DNA of 64,000 bases, taken from positions 32,001-96,000 of IMG/VR virus record IMGVR_UViG_3300036546_000172. One strand, written 5' to 3'. The number at the start of each line of letters is the position of its first letter. The stretch's first letter is position 1. Shown here piece by piece: positions 1 to 10,018 of this stretch. The notes beneath the pieces were generated by a model, which was given only the letters and a program-made list of their open reading frames with translations, was not told where the DNA came from and searched no databases. The position numbers and the translations under genes are program-made. Origin of the DNA: a virus. Lineage: Duplodnaviria; Caudoviricetes.

Positions 1-306
1 CAAAGATCAGTTAAAGCTATTGTTGATGAATTTAAGTTTCACCGAGCCCCAGAATTCAAATATGGTGGTCAAACAAACTATATGATCTTTCCTTCTGAGT
101 TTGATATACAATTTCTAACACGTGAAGGTGAGAATGATTGGTTATTCAAAATCTCTACATGTGCACTCACGAACATGAACGTGAATTATAGTCCAGAGGG
201 GCAATATGCAGCGCATAGCGACGGTGCTCCATTTGCTACCGAATTGACTCTAGAGTTTACAGAGCTTGAGATTCTAACAAAAGAATCCCACAGGAAAGGG
301 TATTAA
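1..306 (+). CDS. gp48: Baseplate tail-tube cap gp48-like, 3' part (runs off window start)
   Basis: Frame open from base 1 (QRSVKAIVDEFKFHRAPEF...PSEFDI...CALTNMNVNYSP...LTLEFTELE); immediately upstream of gp53. Confidence 0.75.
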   Translation, partial: QRSVKAIVDEFKFHRAPEFKYGGQTNYMIFPSEFDIQFLTREGENDWLFKISTCALTNMNVNYSPEGQYAAHSDGAPFATELTLEFTELEILTKESHRKGY

Positions 307-308
307 TC

Positions 309-806
309 ATGGCCTATTTTACAAAGTTTCCAGTAGTCAAGGATTATGAGATCAATGGTAAAGTCTTTGATCTGATGGATATCACAAGACGAACGGGCTT
401 CTCTGAGAACATTAAAAACAACCCTGCTTTCTACATTGAACATTATATTCAGGATGGAGAAACTCCCATTGTCTTAGCAGACAGAATGTATGATGATGCT
501 GATCTGTATTGGATTATTATGATCTTTAATGATATCTATGATATTGATAATGACTGGCCAATGGATCAAGTTTCACTAAACGAGATGGTCAACCGAGTCT
601 ACACTGATCCTTATGAAGTAAGACATTTTGAATCTATTGAGACTGGTGCTGTTGTCGATGATACTTGGCCTATCTATGACAAGGCAGTGATTACGCACTT
701 CGGCTATGAAATAGAGAAGAATGATGCAAAGAGAAAGATCAAGATACCAACACCTGAAGCAGTTACTGAATTGGTAAGAGAACATAATAGGCTTATCAGC
801 AAATGA
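309..806 (+). CDS. gp53: Baseplate wedge protein gp53
   Basis: MAYFTKFP start, LysM-like DGETP..LA..MY....YWII...N motif, WPM. Confidence 0.85.
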   Translation: MAYFTKFPVVKDYEINGKVFDLMDITRRTGFSENIKNNPAFYIEHYIQDGETPIVLADRMYDDADLYWIIMIFNDIYDIDNDWPMDQVSLNEMVNRVYTDPYEVRHFESIETGAVVDDTWPIYDKAVITHFGYEIEKNDAKRKIKIPTPEAVTELVREHNRLISK

Positions 807-2017
807 GCAAGTATACAGGCAACGGACAGTTTACTCTAAATAGGGCGACTCTGCTTTATAAAGACCAGGGTGATGATCAAAAAGAGTTAGACTTATCTTA
901 TGCATTTGTTCAAATAGATCTGTTTGAATCTATCTTTGAACAGACCATGAATGGTGCAATTTCTATTCTTGATACATATAATCTTCCAGATTTTTTGCCT
1001 CTATATGGACAAGAATATATAGAACTTGAGTTCCATACTCAGGGCAATGAAGCGAATCCTATTGTATATCGAGGTGTTGTCTATAAAATATCAGAAAAAC
1101 ACAGATTGACTGAACATGCATCAGGCTATTCGATCTATTTCATCTCTGAACTAGCAATCACATCACAAAAGCTCCATGTTCAGAAATCATTTAATGAAAC
1201 ACCATCTGCTATTACAAAGAAGATTTTTGATACTACTCTAAAAGAAGAAGATAAACTTCTTGAACTCGAAGAAACAAAATCTGTTGAATCATATGTCTTT
1301 GGTGCATTGAAGCCACTGGAAGTTATTTCTATCCTATCAAAACATTCATACAGCAAAGCAGGTGATATTGGCTATGTTTTCTTTGAAGATAATTTGCAAT
1401 ACAATTTCAAGCCAATTACGAAACTGTACCAACAAGAATCTGTGAGTGAGTATAAGTCTAGGAATAAAGGCTTATATGATGACGTAGACCAAAGAGCTCA
1501 AGAAGCATTTTCTAATATTCAAGACCTAAAATTACTTGAAGAGAATTCTTATCTTGATCGGTTGATGGAAGGTCAACATGGTGCAACATTTCATAAATTT
1601 GATCTATTCACAAAAACAATGTCGTCATTCAAATATGATAGATCTAAAGAATATGATGAAACAAAGAGTCTTGGTCAATATCCGTTCAAAAAAGACATTG
1701 ATGTTTCTCTAGAAAATAAAACTTCTTTGGCTTATGGTCAAAATTCTAAATTATTACATTCAGAGATTTCTAAGGGTCTCAACTCAAAAATAGAATTGAA
1801 TATGATTCGAGCAGAATTGACTATTTTTGGTGATTCATTTTTAAGATGTGGACAATGTGTTGATATTAATCTACCAATCTGGAATAAAGATCAAGAAGAG
1901 ACAGGTGATCGACTATCTGGTAAATTTCTAATTAGCAATATTCATCACCAGATATCTCAACAAGAAAAATACACACAGACAATCATGATACAGAAAGAGG
2001 CTTATGAAGACCTATGA
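803..2017 (+). CDS. Baseplate hub protein (gp27-like)
   Basis: 404 aa, ESIF..GxI.I.D..N...LP.G.E N-terminal motif, SGKFLI..I.H C-terminal motif; between gp53 and gp5. Confidence 0.7.
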   Translation: MSKYTGNGQFTLNRATLLYKDQGDDQKELDLSYAFVQIDLFESIFEQTMNGAISILDTYNLPDFLPLYGQEYIELEFHTQGNEANPIVYRGVVYKISEKHRLTEHASGYSIYFISELAITSQKLHVQKSFNETPSAITKKIFDTTLKEEDKLLELEETKSVESYVFGALKPLEVISILSKHSYSKAGDIGYVFFEDNLQYNFKPITKLYQQESVSEYKSRNKGLYDDVDQRAQEAFSNIQDLKLLEENSYLDRLMEGQHGATFHKFDLFTKTMSSFKYDRSKEYDETKSLGQYPFKKDIDVSLENKTSLAYGQNSKLLHSEISKGLNSKIELNMIRAELTIFGDSFLRCGQCVDINLPIWNKDQEETGDRLSGKFLISNIHHQISQQEKYTQTIMIQKEAYEDL

Positions 2018-3048
2018 TTCAATTTGATGTCTTTTTGCCATTTTTTGGGGTCGTCGAAGATCTTAATGATCCAGAGAAGTTAGGCAGAGTTAGAGTGCGA
2101 TGCTACGGCTATCACACAGAAAACAAAGCTTTTATTCCATCCGAGACTCTTAGATGGTTCTCTACAGTCGTCTCAAATTCCGCAGGTACTTCAGGTGTAG
2201 GTCAAAGTCCTACTGGGTATGTTACAGGTTCAACTGTATTTGGATACTTTCTCAACAGAGAACTTCAAGACGGTTTTGTACTTGGGTCTATTACAGGTAA
2301 ACCAACACAGTCATCGATGACTGATCTAGGATTCAATGATCCAAGTGGTGTCTATCCGATTTTTGTTGATGAGTCTGATGTTAATCGGTTGTCAAGAAAT
2401 GAGCATATAGATCAAACAGTAGTACAAAAAAAGAAAGACGGGATTAGAACTGATGTGGAAACAACATCTGGCTCATGGAATGAACCAGAAACTCCGTACA
2501 ATGCAGAATATCCCAATAATCACGTATCGGAATCAACTTCGGGTCACATTCATGAAGTTGATGACACACCAGGCTCGGAGAGACTTCATGAATATCACAC
2601 TTCTGGCACGTTTAAAGAAATTCACCCGGACGGTACTCAGGTACTCAAAATTGTCCGTGATCATTATACTATCATTGCCGGTGCTAATTATTTCTGTATT
2701 GACGGTGATTCTACTGGGTTCATTGGTGGCAATCATGATCTGGTTATTAAAGGTGATAACAAGATAAACATTGATAAGACCAGTACAGTTGATGTAGAAG
2801 GGGCTGCTGTCCTACGTGCACCAATTATTCAACTTGGCGAAGATGATGCTGTTGAACCTTCTGTGCTTGGTGACAAATTATCTAATTGGATCAATAATGA
2901 ATTAGTACCGTGGCTCAATGCACATACACATATTGGTAATCTAGGGTTTCCTACATCCCCGGCTTCAACTGCACCAACAGGACCTTTTAATCCAGGTACA
3001 GCTGCTCCTGGGAATATTGTCTATTCTAAAGTCAATAAGAATCAATAA
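2014..3048 (+). CDS. gp5: Baseplate hub / central spike gp5 (no lysozyme domain apparent)
   Basis: FFGVVED..DPEKLGRVRVRC.G.H OB-fold; YP.NHV.E..SGH..E.DDTPG.ERLH..H.SGT repeat region; terminal HTH metal motif. Confidence 0.9.
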   Translation: MIQFDVFLPFFGVVEDLNDPEKLGRVRVRCYGYHTENKAFIPSETLRWFSTVVSNSAGTSGVGQSPTGYVTGSTVFGYFLNRELQDGFVLGSITGKPTQSSMTDLGFNDPSGVYPIFVDESDVNRLSRNEHIDQTVVQKKKDGIRTDVETTSGSWNEPETPYNAEYPNNHVSESTSGHIHEVDDTPGSERLHEYHTSGTFKEIHPDGTQVLKIVRDHYTIIAGANYFCIDGDSTGFIGGNHDLVIKGDNKINIDKTSTVDVEGAAVLRAPIIQLGEDDAVEPSVLGDKLSNWINNELVPWLNAHTHIGNLGFPTSPASTAPTGPFNPGTAAPGNIVYSKVNKNQ

Positions 3049-3593
3049 TGCTAGATCCAAATATTTTCCCTAGTGAATTTGATGCATTTATGAAGAGAAA
3101 AGTTTCTCTCAGTGACAGCTTTTTACCTCTTTATGATGGAGATTTTATATTGCCAGCGTTTGGAGATTATCCGTCTGCGTTTGCTAGTGCATATGATATA
3201 TATTCCTATTCTGGAGAAGTTTTAGGTGCTACACACGAACCTGCTCATGATCCAGGTATAATCGAAGCATTCATGAGATCATATAGCACCTCGGTCACAG
3301 AATTTGCTCAAGCACTTGCAGACTTTTGGTCTACGGTTCTTATTGTTCCTGGCGCTCCTATGCACGGTGGAGTTTCAGTTCAATCTGTAGTTAATGATGC
3401 ATCAGTTCAAGTAGGAGCATTTGAATCAGCAATTTTAGCCAGTATCACAACGGAATTAACTACTCCGGTCTTTATCCAGTTAATAAATAATATTGAAGCT
3501 ATTGCATTGCCTTCCGTAACTTGGACGGTAACAGAGATGATCCCAGTTGGATCATCATTAGTACCAACTCCATTTTTAGAGAAAGTTTTCTAA
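3048..3593 (+). CDS. Hypothetical baseplate-associated protein
   Basis: 181 aa ORF coupled by TAATG overlaps to gp5 and gp25. Confidence 0.55.
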   Translation: MLDPNIFPSEFDAFMKRKVSLSDSFLPLYDGDFILPAFGDYPSAFASAYDIYSYSGEVLGATHEPAHDPGIIEAFMRSYSTSVTEFAQALADFWSTVLIVPGAPMHGGVSVQSVVNDASVQVGAFESAILASITTELTTPVFIQLINNIEAIALPSVTWTVTEMIPVGSSLVPTPFLEKVF

Positions 3594-3964
3594 TGAGAAA
3601 AGATCTTGATTTAAATTTTGCTCCGCACCCATTAACCGGTGATCTTGCTATGAAATCCGGACGCAGTGCTATAGATCAATCTGTTAGAAATCTTGTTTTG
3701 ACAAATTTTTATGAACGCGGCTTTAATATTGAAGTTGGTTCTAATCTACCAGATTCTTTGTTTGATAACTTTACATCTTTGGATCAACAAACAATCAAAA
3801 GCAATATCATTCGAGTATTAAAGAATTTTGAGCCGAATGTTGAAGTGACTGAAGTTATTTCAACACTTGAGCAAAATAATGAGCTCAAAGTTGAAGTTTA
3901 CTACACATATTCAAATGATCCGGAAGTTAGATCTACAGTCATACCAATTAGACGGTTAAAATAA
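3593..3964 (+). CDS. gp25: Baseplate wedge gp25
   Basis: DLDLNF..HP.TGD....AI.QSVRNLVLTN..ER.F...FEP.V; start set at ATG 3593 (TAATG overlap). Confidence 0.9.
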   Translation: MRKDLDLNFAPHPLTGDLAMKSGRSAIDQSVRNLVLTNFYERGFNIEVGSNLPDSLFDNFTSLDQQTIKSNIIRVLKNFEPNVEVTEVISTLEQNNELKVEVYYTYSNDPEVRSTVIPIRRLK

Positions 3965-5694
3965 TGTCAGCAGAACAATTAAATACAACAAGTTTTGATG
4001 CAGTTGAGCTCAAACAAGATCTAATTGATTATTTGAAATCAACTGGAAAGTTTGATGACTTTGATTTTGAAGGCTCAACGATTAATACAATTATTGATCT
4101 TCTTGTAAGGAATGATCATTTTGATGCATTTCTTGCTAATATGCTTGCAAATGAGTCGTTCATTGTTAGTGCACAACTACGTGGTAATGTGATTGCTCAT
4201 GCACAAAAATTATCATACACTCCAAAATCAAAGACTGTATCAAGGTCAATTGTTGATCTAAAAGTTATCCCATCGGATAAAACAGATCTGGAGGATAACA
4301 TTAGTGTTCCTATTAATGCTGTCTTTTTGTCAACAGTTGGTGATCAATCATTCCAATTCGTGACTCTAGATACATACCTGATGACTCTAGATGAAAATAA
4401 TGATTATGTAGTTAATGATGTTACCTTATACCAGGGACAATATATCACAAACAGCTTTGTTCATATTGCTGGTACCCCAATTGTTATCCCAAATAGGAAT
4501 ATAGACACAACAACACTTAAAGTTGTTGTAAATGAAGGTGGTGAGTTCTTTGAATATGAACTTGCGAGTTCAATTAGTGATCTTGGTAAAGATTCTCAAG
4601 TCTATTTCTTGTCTGAAAACTATGAAGGCTTGTATCAAATCGAATTTGGTAGAGACTTGATCAGTAAAGAACCTGTGACAAATTCGGTTGTGTCTCTGTC
4701 TTATATTAATGGAGAAGCTGAGCATGGCAATGGAGCAAGAACATTTATTGCTGGTACAACAATCGGTGATTATGGTAATGTTCAGATTACTACAACTCAA
4801 CCAGGCTACGGTGGTTCTGATAGAGAAGATACAGAGAGTGTTCGATTTCTAGCAACAAAGAATTACCAGGCACAAGATAGGGCATTGACATCATCCGACT
4901 ATTCTGTTTTGATCAAGAAAGAATTCCCATTTGTTGAGTCAATCAAAGTTTGGGGTGGAGAAGAGAATGAACCACCTCAGTACGGTAAAGTCTTTGTCTC
5001 TATCATTTCCGAAGACAATCTAACAAGATCAGTTAAGAACAATATTGTGTCTTATCTGAAATCATATAATGTCGGTTCTATTACACCAGAGATTATTGAT
5101 TCAGATCCAATTCGGTTGGATCTTACTGTCTCATTTGCTGTTGATGCAAAACGAGCAACAAAAACATTTAACCAGTTATCACAAGATATCTCTGGGCTAA
5201 TAACTGAGTTTAGTTCTACATATCTTGAGTCATTCAGCGGCTATTACAATGACTCTAGACTCAGTGATCAGATTATGGCTCTTCGTGGTATTGAAAGCTG
5301 TGATATAACAAAACGAGCAGTGAAGTCCATCCGCAGATTAACATTTAATAACCCAGCATATGACTATAGATTTGATAATGAGATTGTACCGGGTTCATTG
5401 CTTGTTGAAAACATTGAATTCGATTCTTCGGCAACAAATCAGTATCTAGCCGATGATGGAAAAGGTAATATCATTGCTCATAAAACTACAGATTCAGAAC
5501 AAACTGAAGTTATAGGTTCAATAGACTATGCTATCGGGGCTTTATCTTTCACATTAAATATTATCAGCGATACATTAACATTTGATCTTAGTGTGGAGCC
5601 AAAACACGAGAACTTTTACATTTACAATAGCAAATATCTGTTCATTGGAAATACAAAGTTTGAAACCATGGAATTGTTTCCGAATAAGAGATAA
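3964..5694 (+). CDS. gp6: Baseplate wedge gp6
   Basis: F.D.DFEGS, NESF..SAQLR, YQIEFG, GG.D.E, Q.RA.T..DY, VWGGEEN.PPQYGKVF. Confidence 0.92.
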   Translation: MSAEQLNTTSFDAVELKQDLIDYLKSTGKFDDFDFEGSTINTIIDLLVRNDHFDAFLANMLANESFIVSAQLRGNVIAHAQKLSYTPKSKTVSRSIVDLKVIPSDKTDLEDNISVPINAVFLSTVGDQSFQFVTLDTYLMTLDENNDYVVNDVTLYQGQYITNSFVHIAGTPIVIPNRNIDTTTLKVVVNEGGEFFEYELASSISDLGKDSQVYFLSENYEGLYQIEFGRDLISKEPVTNSVVSLSYINGEAEHGNGARTFIAGTTIGDYGNVQITTTQPGYGGSDREDTESVRFLATKNYQAQDRALTSSDYSVLIKKEFPFVESIKVWGGEENEPPQYGKVFVSIISEDNLTRSVKNNIVSYLKSYNVGSITPEIIDSDPIRLDLTVSFAVDAKRATKTFNQLSQDISGLITEFSSTYLESFSGYYNDSRLSDQIMALRGIESCDITKRAVKSIRRLTFNNPAYDYRFDNEIVPGSLLVENIEFDSSATNQYLADDGKGNIIAHKTTDSEQTEVIGSIDYAIGALSFTLNIISDTLTFDLSVEPKHENFYIYNSKYLFIGNTKFETMELFPNKR

Positions 5695-5696
5695 GT

Positions 5697-7532
5697 ATGA
5701 ACAAGGTTATTACAGCTGATACAATTTACCAGCAATTACCATCTCATATTCTTGAGCAATACCCAAACTTTGTTCAATTTCTAAAAGCATATTATGAATG
5801 GGTATCTAGAGAAGACGGCCCATATGATAGACTTAAGAATCATATGGACTACCTGGATTTCCAGAGATCTATTGATGAGTATATAACAGCGATGAAGTCG
5901 GAATATCTTGTTGATGTTCCCGATTCTGTGTTATTAGATAAAGAACTTTTTATTAAATGGTCTAAGAAATTCAACTTGTCTCGTGGTTCACAAGAATCAT
6001 ACAAGTTCCTATTCAGTATTCTATTTGATGAACAAGATACTGAACTTTACCTACCCAAGGATAATATTCTTAGAACTTCAGATGGAGTCTGGATCAATAA
6101 TGAATCTAGACTACTTTTGACAAATTCTGGTAATCTTAATGAGTTCAGGTTTGCCAGGCTTACACAGAAAAAAGAAGTACTTCCTGGCTTCTTTGAATAC
6201 GCATATGCAAACGTACAGACTGTAAGAAACAGATACTCCGGCGGTTATAATCTTCTAGAGCTTACTGTCTCCGATGTAGAAGGTGACTTTGTTCGAGAGT
6301 TCCCGGTTGTTTCCTCCACTGGTGCCGAAGAGTGGCTAATTGAGACTGCACATGACTTCACGATCAATGCTTTCTGTGAGCAGTGTACTCCTGGCTCCAG
6401 AGTAGATTTTGAAGAGACTCCATTCTACATAGTAGAAAGAGAACTCACATCTGCTAGATTTGATACTAGAGTCACATCATATTTCAATGAAAGTCAAATT
6501 ATCGTAGAAATTAATGGTACATCAACATCTGATTTTGAATTTGATGGTAGGTATATTGACAGTCCATTAATGTCTATTGGTGATACGATTAAGGTGACCT
6601 TCCCTACTTATAAAGGCTATATGATCTTCAATGGCTCTGACATAGAGGTGTTAGAGACTCCAATTGGACTATCTGATGATGCAACATTAACAATTGAAGC
6701 TCCCTATGCTACAATCTTTGATGTTGTTGCACATCCGGGTGCTTCGAGTCCGATTGCTGGATATTATGAAGATAACCGTGGACATTTATCTTCGACGATG
6801 TATCTTCAGGATAGCTTCTATTATCAAGAATATTCATATGCAATAAGAACAAAACAGAATATTGATTCTTATGCTAATACAGTTAAGGATCTGTTGCATC
6901 CGTCCGGCTTTGCAATGTTTGGTTATCTGCGAATTGTGGATATTCTTGAAATTCTCCTTGAGCTTGTGTCTAGTGAATATGACATCTTGCCTTGGGGGAT
7001 AGAGTCAAGGGCAAAATATACTCTTGGTCCGAACTATTCATTCTTGGATAAGTTCAAACATGGGTTGTCTGGTAGACTTTATAATCTTTCACACTTCAAT
7101 GATAAGAATGGAACTGAGTATGAGTATTATGTAGATAATTCTTACATGATAGATCAAGAAGACTATGTTTATACTAAGGTTACATATAATTCAACCTATG
7201 AGCTAATTTATGCTATAGGTGAAGATGGATACGATCTTGAAGACTCATCGATGACAAAAACATTTATTGGTGGATCGTATAATATCAGAGGATATACAAC
7301 ATACCTAGAATTAAATTACATAGATGATCAAAATAAATATTTAATTAATAATGTTCCTATCTATAGACAAGAGACTACCGATGGTAATTGGGTTGTGGAC
7401 AAGAAAGGCTGGATGACCAAGCATTACCTACAAGACTATCATTTGTATCTACCACAAGACTATTCAGAAGAAACAGAAAGCGGCTTCAACTATTTTGAAA
7501 CCGGATATATCACACAGAGGGTACAGCAATAA
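5697..7532 (+). CDS. gp7: Baseplate wedge gp7-like
   Basis: QLP....YP.FV.FLKAYYEW, RGS..SYKFLF, LQDSFYYQEYSY, HPSG..MFG. Confidence 0.8.
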   Translation: MNKVITADTIYQQLPSHILEQYPNFVQFLKAYYEWVSREDGPYDRLKNHMDYLDFQRSIDEYITAMKSEYLVDVPDSVLLDKELFIKWSKKFNLSRGSQESYKFLFSILFDEQDTELYLPKDNILRTSDGVWINNESRLLLTNSGNLNEFRFARLTQKKEVLPGFFEYAYANVQTVRNRYSGGYNLLELTVSDVEGDFVREFPVVSSTGAEEWLIETAHDFTINAFCEQCTPGSRVDFEETPFYIVERELTSARFDTRVTSYFNESQIIVEINGTSTSDFEFDGRYIDSPLMSIGDTIKVTFPTYKGYMIFNGSDIEVLETPIGLSDDATLTIEAPYATIFDVVAHPGASSPIAGYYEDNRGHLSSTMYLQDSFYYQEYSYAIRTKQNIDSYANTVKDLLHPSGFAMFGYLRIVDILEILLELVSSEYDILPWGIESRAKYTLGPNYSFLDKFKHGLSGRLYNLSHFNDKNGTEYEYYVDNSYMIDQEDYVYTKVTYNSTYELIYAIGEDGYDLEDSSMTKTFIGGSYNIRGYTTYLELNYIDDQNKYLINNVPIYRQETTDGNWVVDKKGWMTKHYLQDYHLYLPQDYSEETESGFNYFETGYITQRVQQ

Positions 7533-9664
7533 TGGCTATTTCCGATTCAACTAAAGTTACTCTTAGATCAGAGACTAATCAACCATTGTCTCACATTGAG
7601 ATGGATGAGAACTTTAAACAAATTAAAAACGTTATCACTGATTCTACAAATAACAGTGATTCAATCCAAGATATTGATGAAAGGTTAGTTACAAGAGAAG
7701 AACAAGTAGATGATCTTATTACTAAGCCGTATACGGTTGCTGCTCTGTCTTCGCTTGGTTATTCTCTTGTGGGTGACTACGCCGCTGGGATCGAAATTAC
7801 CAACTACAACCAGATCGTGCGGGACTCTTCCGGCGAGTTCTGGCGAGTGTCCGGCTCCACTGCGTTGCCGTATACGACCACGGGCGCAGGGCTGCCAGAG
7901 GGCGGGGCGTTTGTGGCGGTTGGGGATGCGGCGTTGCGGCAGGAGCTTGGCAGCAATACGGCAGGCCAAGGCTCCGACCTAATAGCCCACACCGGCACCG
8001 CTGACACGGTGACTGAGGCTCTGGATAAGCGAACCATTTATGTGGGGAGTGTGGCGGAGCTTGAGGGGCTGGATGCCGGTGATTTGGCGGAAGGGCTCAC
8101 TGCCCTTGTGTCTGGTATCCCTTTTGTTTACCGATCAGGGGAGTGGAGGCCGTCAGCCGGAGTGGTGACACCGGAAATCTACGGGGCAGTTGGCGACGGA
8201 GTTGCAGACGATGGCCCAGCTTTTCGTGCGGCAGAAGCGGCGCTATACGAAGTGGGGGGCGGCACAATCAGATGCGCGAAAGACCGTGTGTACGCTGGCG
8301 GTACGGTCGGCACCGCAGGCATCCCTAGCATTCTCCCTTTGAGAAAGAATACTACGTTATACCTCAACGGGAGTGTGCTGAAGACGCACGAAACTGTGAC
8401 ACGCGCGCTCTACAGTTGCGTCGGCTTAATTCGAGCCGTCAATTGTTGGGTTGAGAACGGCACCCTTACAGGTAATAGATACAACCCTCTGGCTGATCTT
8501 GTCGAAGAGGCGGGTCTCGGCATCTCGCTTAACTCGGCAATTGCCTGCGGGGGACGGAACTTGTTATGTAACGAGCATGGCGGCGATGGACTATACTTTG
8601 GCATAGCGTCATATGATGACAATGCCCCATCAGTCGGATGTTATTTTGAGAACATTGAATGTGACGATAATGTTCGTCAGGGCATATCTATAATTGCCCT
8701 TCATTCTTCTGATTTTGTTAATGTTACGCTGTCAAACAGTGCCGGGGGAAGTCTTCAAACTGGCCTTGATATAGAGCCAGACAATAGCAATCAAACTGTT
8801 GTCGGTGTGAAGTTCAAAAACTTGGTGGTTAAAAGCTGTGCTGAAGCGGGCATTGTCATTTCTACTCGTGCAAATACCCCCGCTGAAAGGATTGATGTCA
8901 CATTTGAGAATACGCTGGTTGAAGACTGCCCACTAGGCATCTTCTCGCCTTCATCAGCCATCGACAGTCCAACTGGGTCTGTTGCCTTTTCCGGCCGCAC
9001 TAGAATTAAAAACTCAAGCTCGGCGGGATTGTTTATAACAGCAAATGATAACACAAGGTATGTAATCGATGACCTTGAGATAACAGGCACTAATAACTCA
9101 TACCTCGGGCAATCTGGTGCTGATCCAGAATTGCCGATAAAAAATATCGAGATTGGAGCCCTAAGGGGGGCCGGAAGGTTTCTTATCCGTAGCGGTAGCG
9201 CGGAGGCCAAGAACATAAAAATTCGAGTCACCGAAGACTTCACTGGGACCCTCAGGCTAATTTCGTCGGAGGGTCTGATCGAAAATGTTGACTTTTTAGC
9301 GGATAAATTTGCCAACTGTGTGGCGTACGGTGCGGGGGATCATGTGTATGATCCAATAGATCACCACGTCAATGTTCAATTTTACTGGGGTGAAGCAACA
9401 TACGACATCAGTGCCCTGCCCATTGGATTGTCGGTTACAGTGTACAACGACAGACGATCCCCCGAACGAGGTGGGAATGGGCCTGTTTACATTCTTGCCA
9501 ACACCGTACCTACATACACATTTTCGCCAAGAGAGGTAGGGGGCGTCGAGTTGACGAGATGCGTGCTGAACTCTTACGGGGCGTGGGCGAGAATCAGAAG
9601 AGATCGGGATGGCATTTTTATTGTCGAGGAAGGTTCAGGGTATTCGCTTGACAACCCCGTGTAG
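7532..9664 (+). CDS. Tailspike / receptor-binding protein with right-handed beta-helix (putative depolymerase)
   Basis: N-terminal TLR....PLS..EMDENF anchor, tailspike head-like segment (DYAAG..I..YNQ...PYTTTG...VGDAALRQEL), YGAVGDGVADD pectate-lyase-like start, N.RQGISI and GLDIEP repeats. Confidence 0.85.
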   Translation: MAISDSTKVTLRSETNQPLSHIEMDENFKQIKNVITDSTNNSDSIQDIDERLVTREEQVDDLITKPYTVAALSSLGYSLVGDYAAGIEITNYNQIVRDSSGEFWRVSGSTALPYTTTGAGLPEGGAFVAVGDAALRQELGSNTAGQGSDLIAHTGTADTVTEALDKRTIYVGSVAELEGLDAGDLAEGLTALVSGIPFVYRSGEWRPSAGVVTPEIYGAVGDGVADDGPAFRAAEAALYEVGGGTIRCAKDRVYAGGTVGTAGIPSILPLRKNTTLYLNGSVLKTHETVTRALYSCVGLIRAVNCWVENGTLTGNRYNPLADLVEEAGLGISLNSAIACGGRNLLCNEHGGDGLYFGIASYDDNAPSVGCYFENIECDDNVRQGISIIALHSSDFVNVTLSNSAGGSLQTGLDIEPDNSNQTVVGVKFKNLVVKSCAEAGIVISTRANTPAERIDVTFENTLVEDCPLGIFSPSSAIDSPTGSVAFSGRTRIKNSSSAGLFITANDNTRYVIDDLEITGTNNSYLGQSGADPELPIKNIEIGALRGAGRFLIRSGSAEAKNIKIRVTEDFTGTLRLISSEGLIENVDFLADKFANCVAYGAGDHVYDPIDHHVNVQFYWGEATYDISALPIGLSVTVYNDRRSPERGGNGPVYILANTVPTYTFSPREVGGVELTRCVLNSYGAWARIRRDRDGIFIVEEGSGYSLDNPV

Positions 9665-9724
9665 GCCGAAATTCGACCGCAAAGGGCGCGGCCATTACGG
9701 CGCATCTAGGGGCAGGAAATTACC

Positions 9725-9921
9725 ATGAGATACTTCAACCTACAGAGTTTGCCTGTCCCTGCTGCGGAGAGGGCTTTGATCACATGAGCCAGGAGCTGCT
9801 AATCCATCTGGACGCGGCTCGGCACATGGCCGGCGTCCCGTTTGTGATCAATTCGGCACATCGGTGCGAGAAACACAACGCTGATGTGGGTGGCGCTCCG
9901 GGATCAACACAAGTCGCTTGA
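9725..9921 (+). pseudogene. Frameshifted, truncated peptidase M15 (endolysin-like) remnant
   Basis: Restoring one base after MRYF gives PTEFACPCCGEGFDHMSQELLIHLDAARHMAGVPFVINSAHRCEKHNADVGGAPGSTQVA*; ends before the SxH zinc ligand. Confidence 0.8.
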
Positions 9922-9976
9922 CTTCTACGCGTTTGTAAAGGGAAGTTTTATTCTCTATCCTATGTGGTTTTTTTAA

Positions 9977-9984
9977 TATAAATA
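9977..9984 (+). promoter_or_regulatory. T4-type late promoter
   Basis: TATAAATA upstream of gp8. Confidence 0.8.
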
Positions 9985-10018
9985 CTTTCAAATATAGAAA
10001 CAAATCGGGATATATGAA

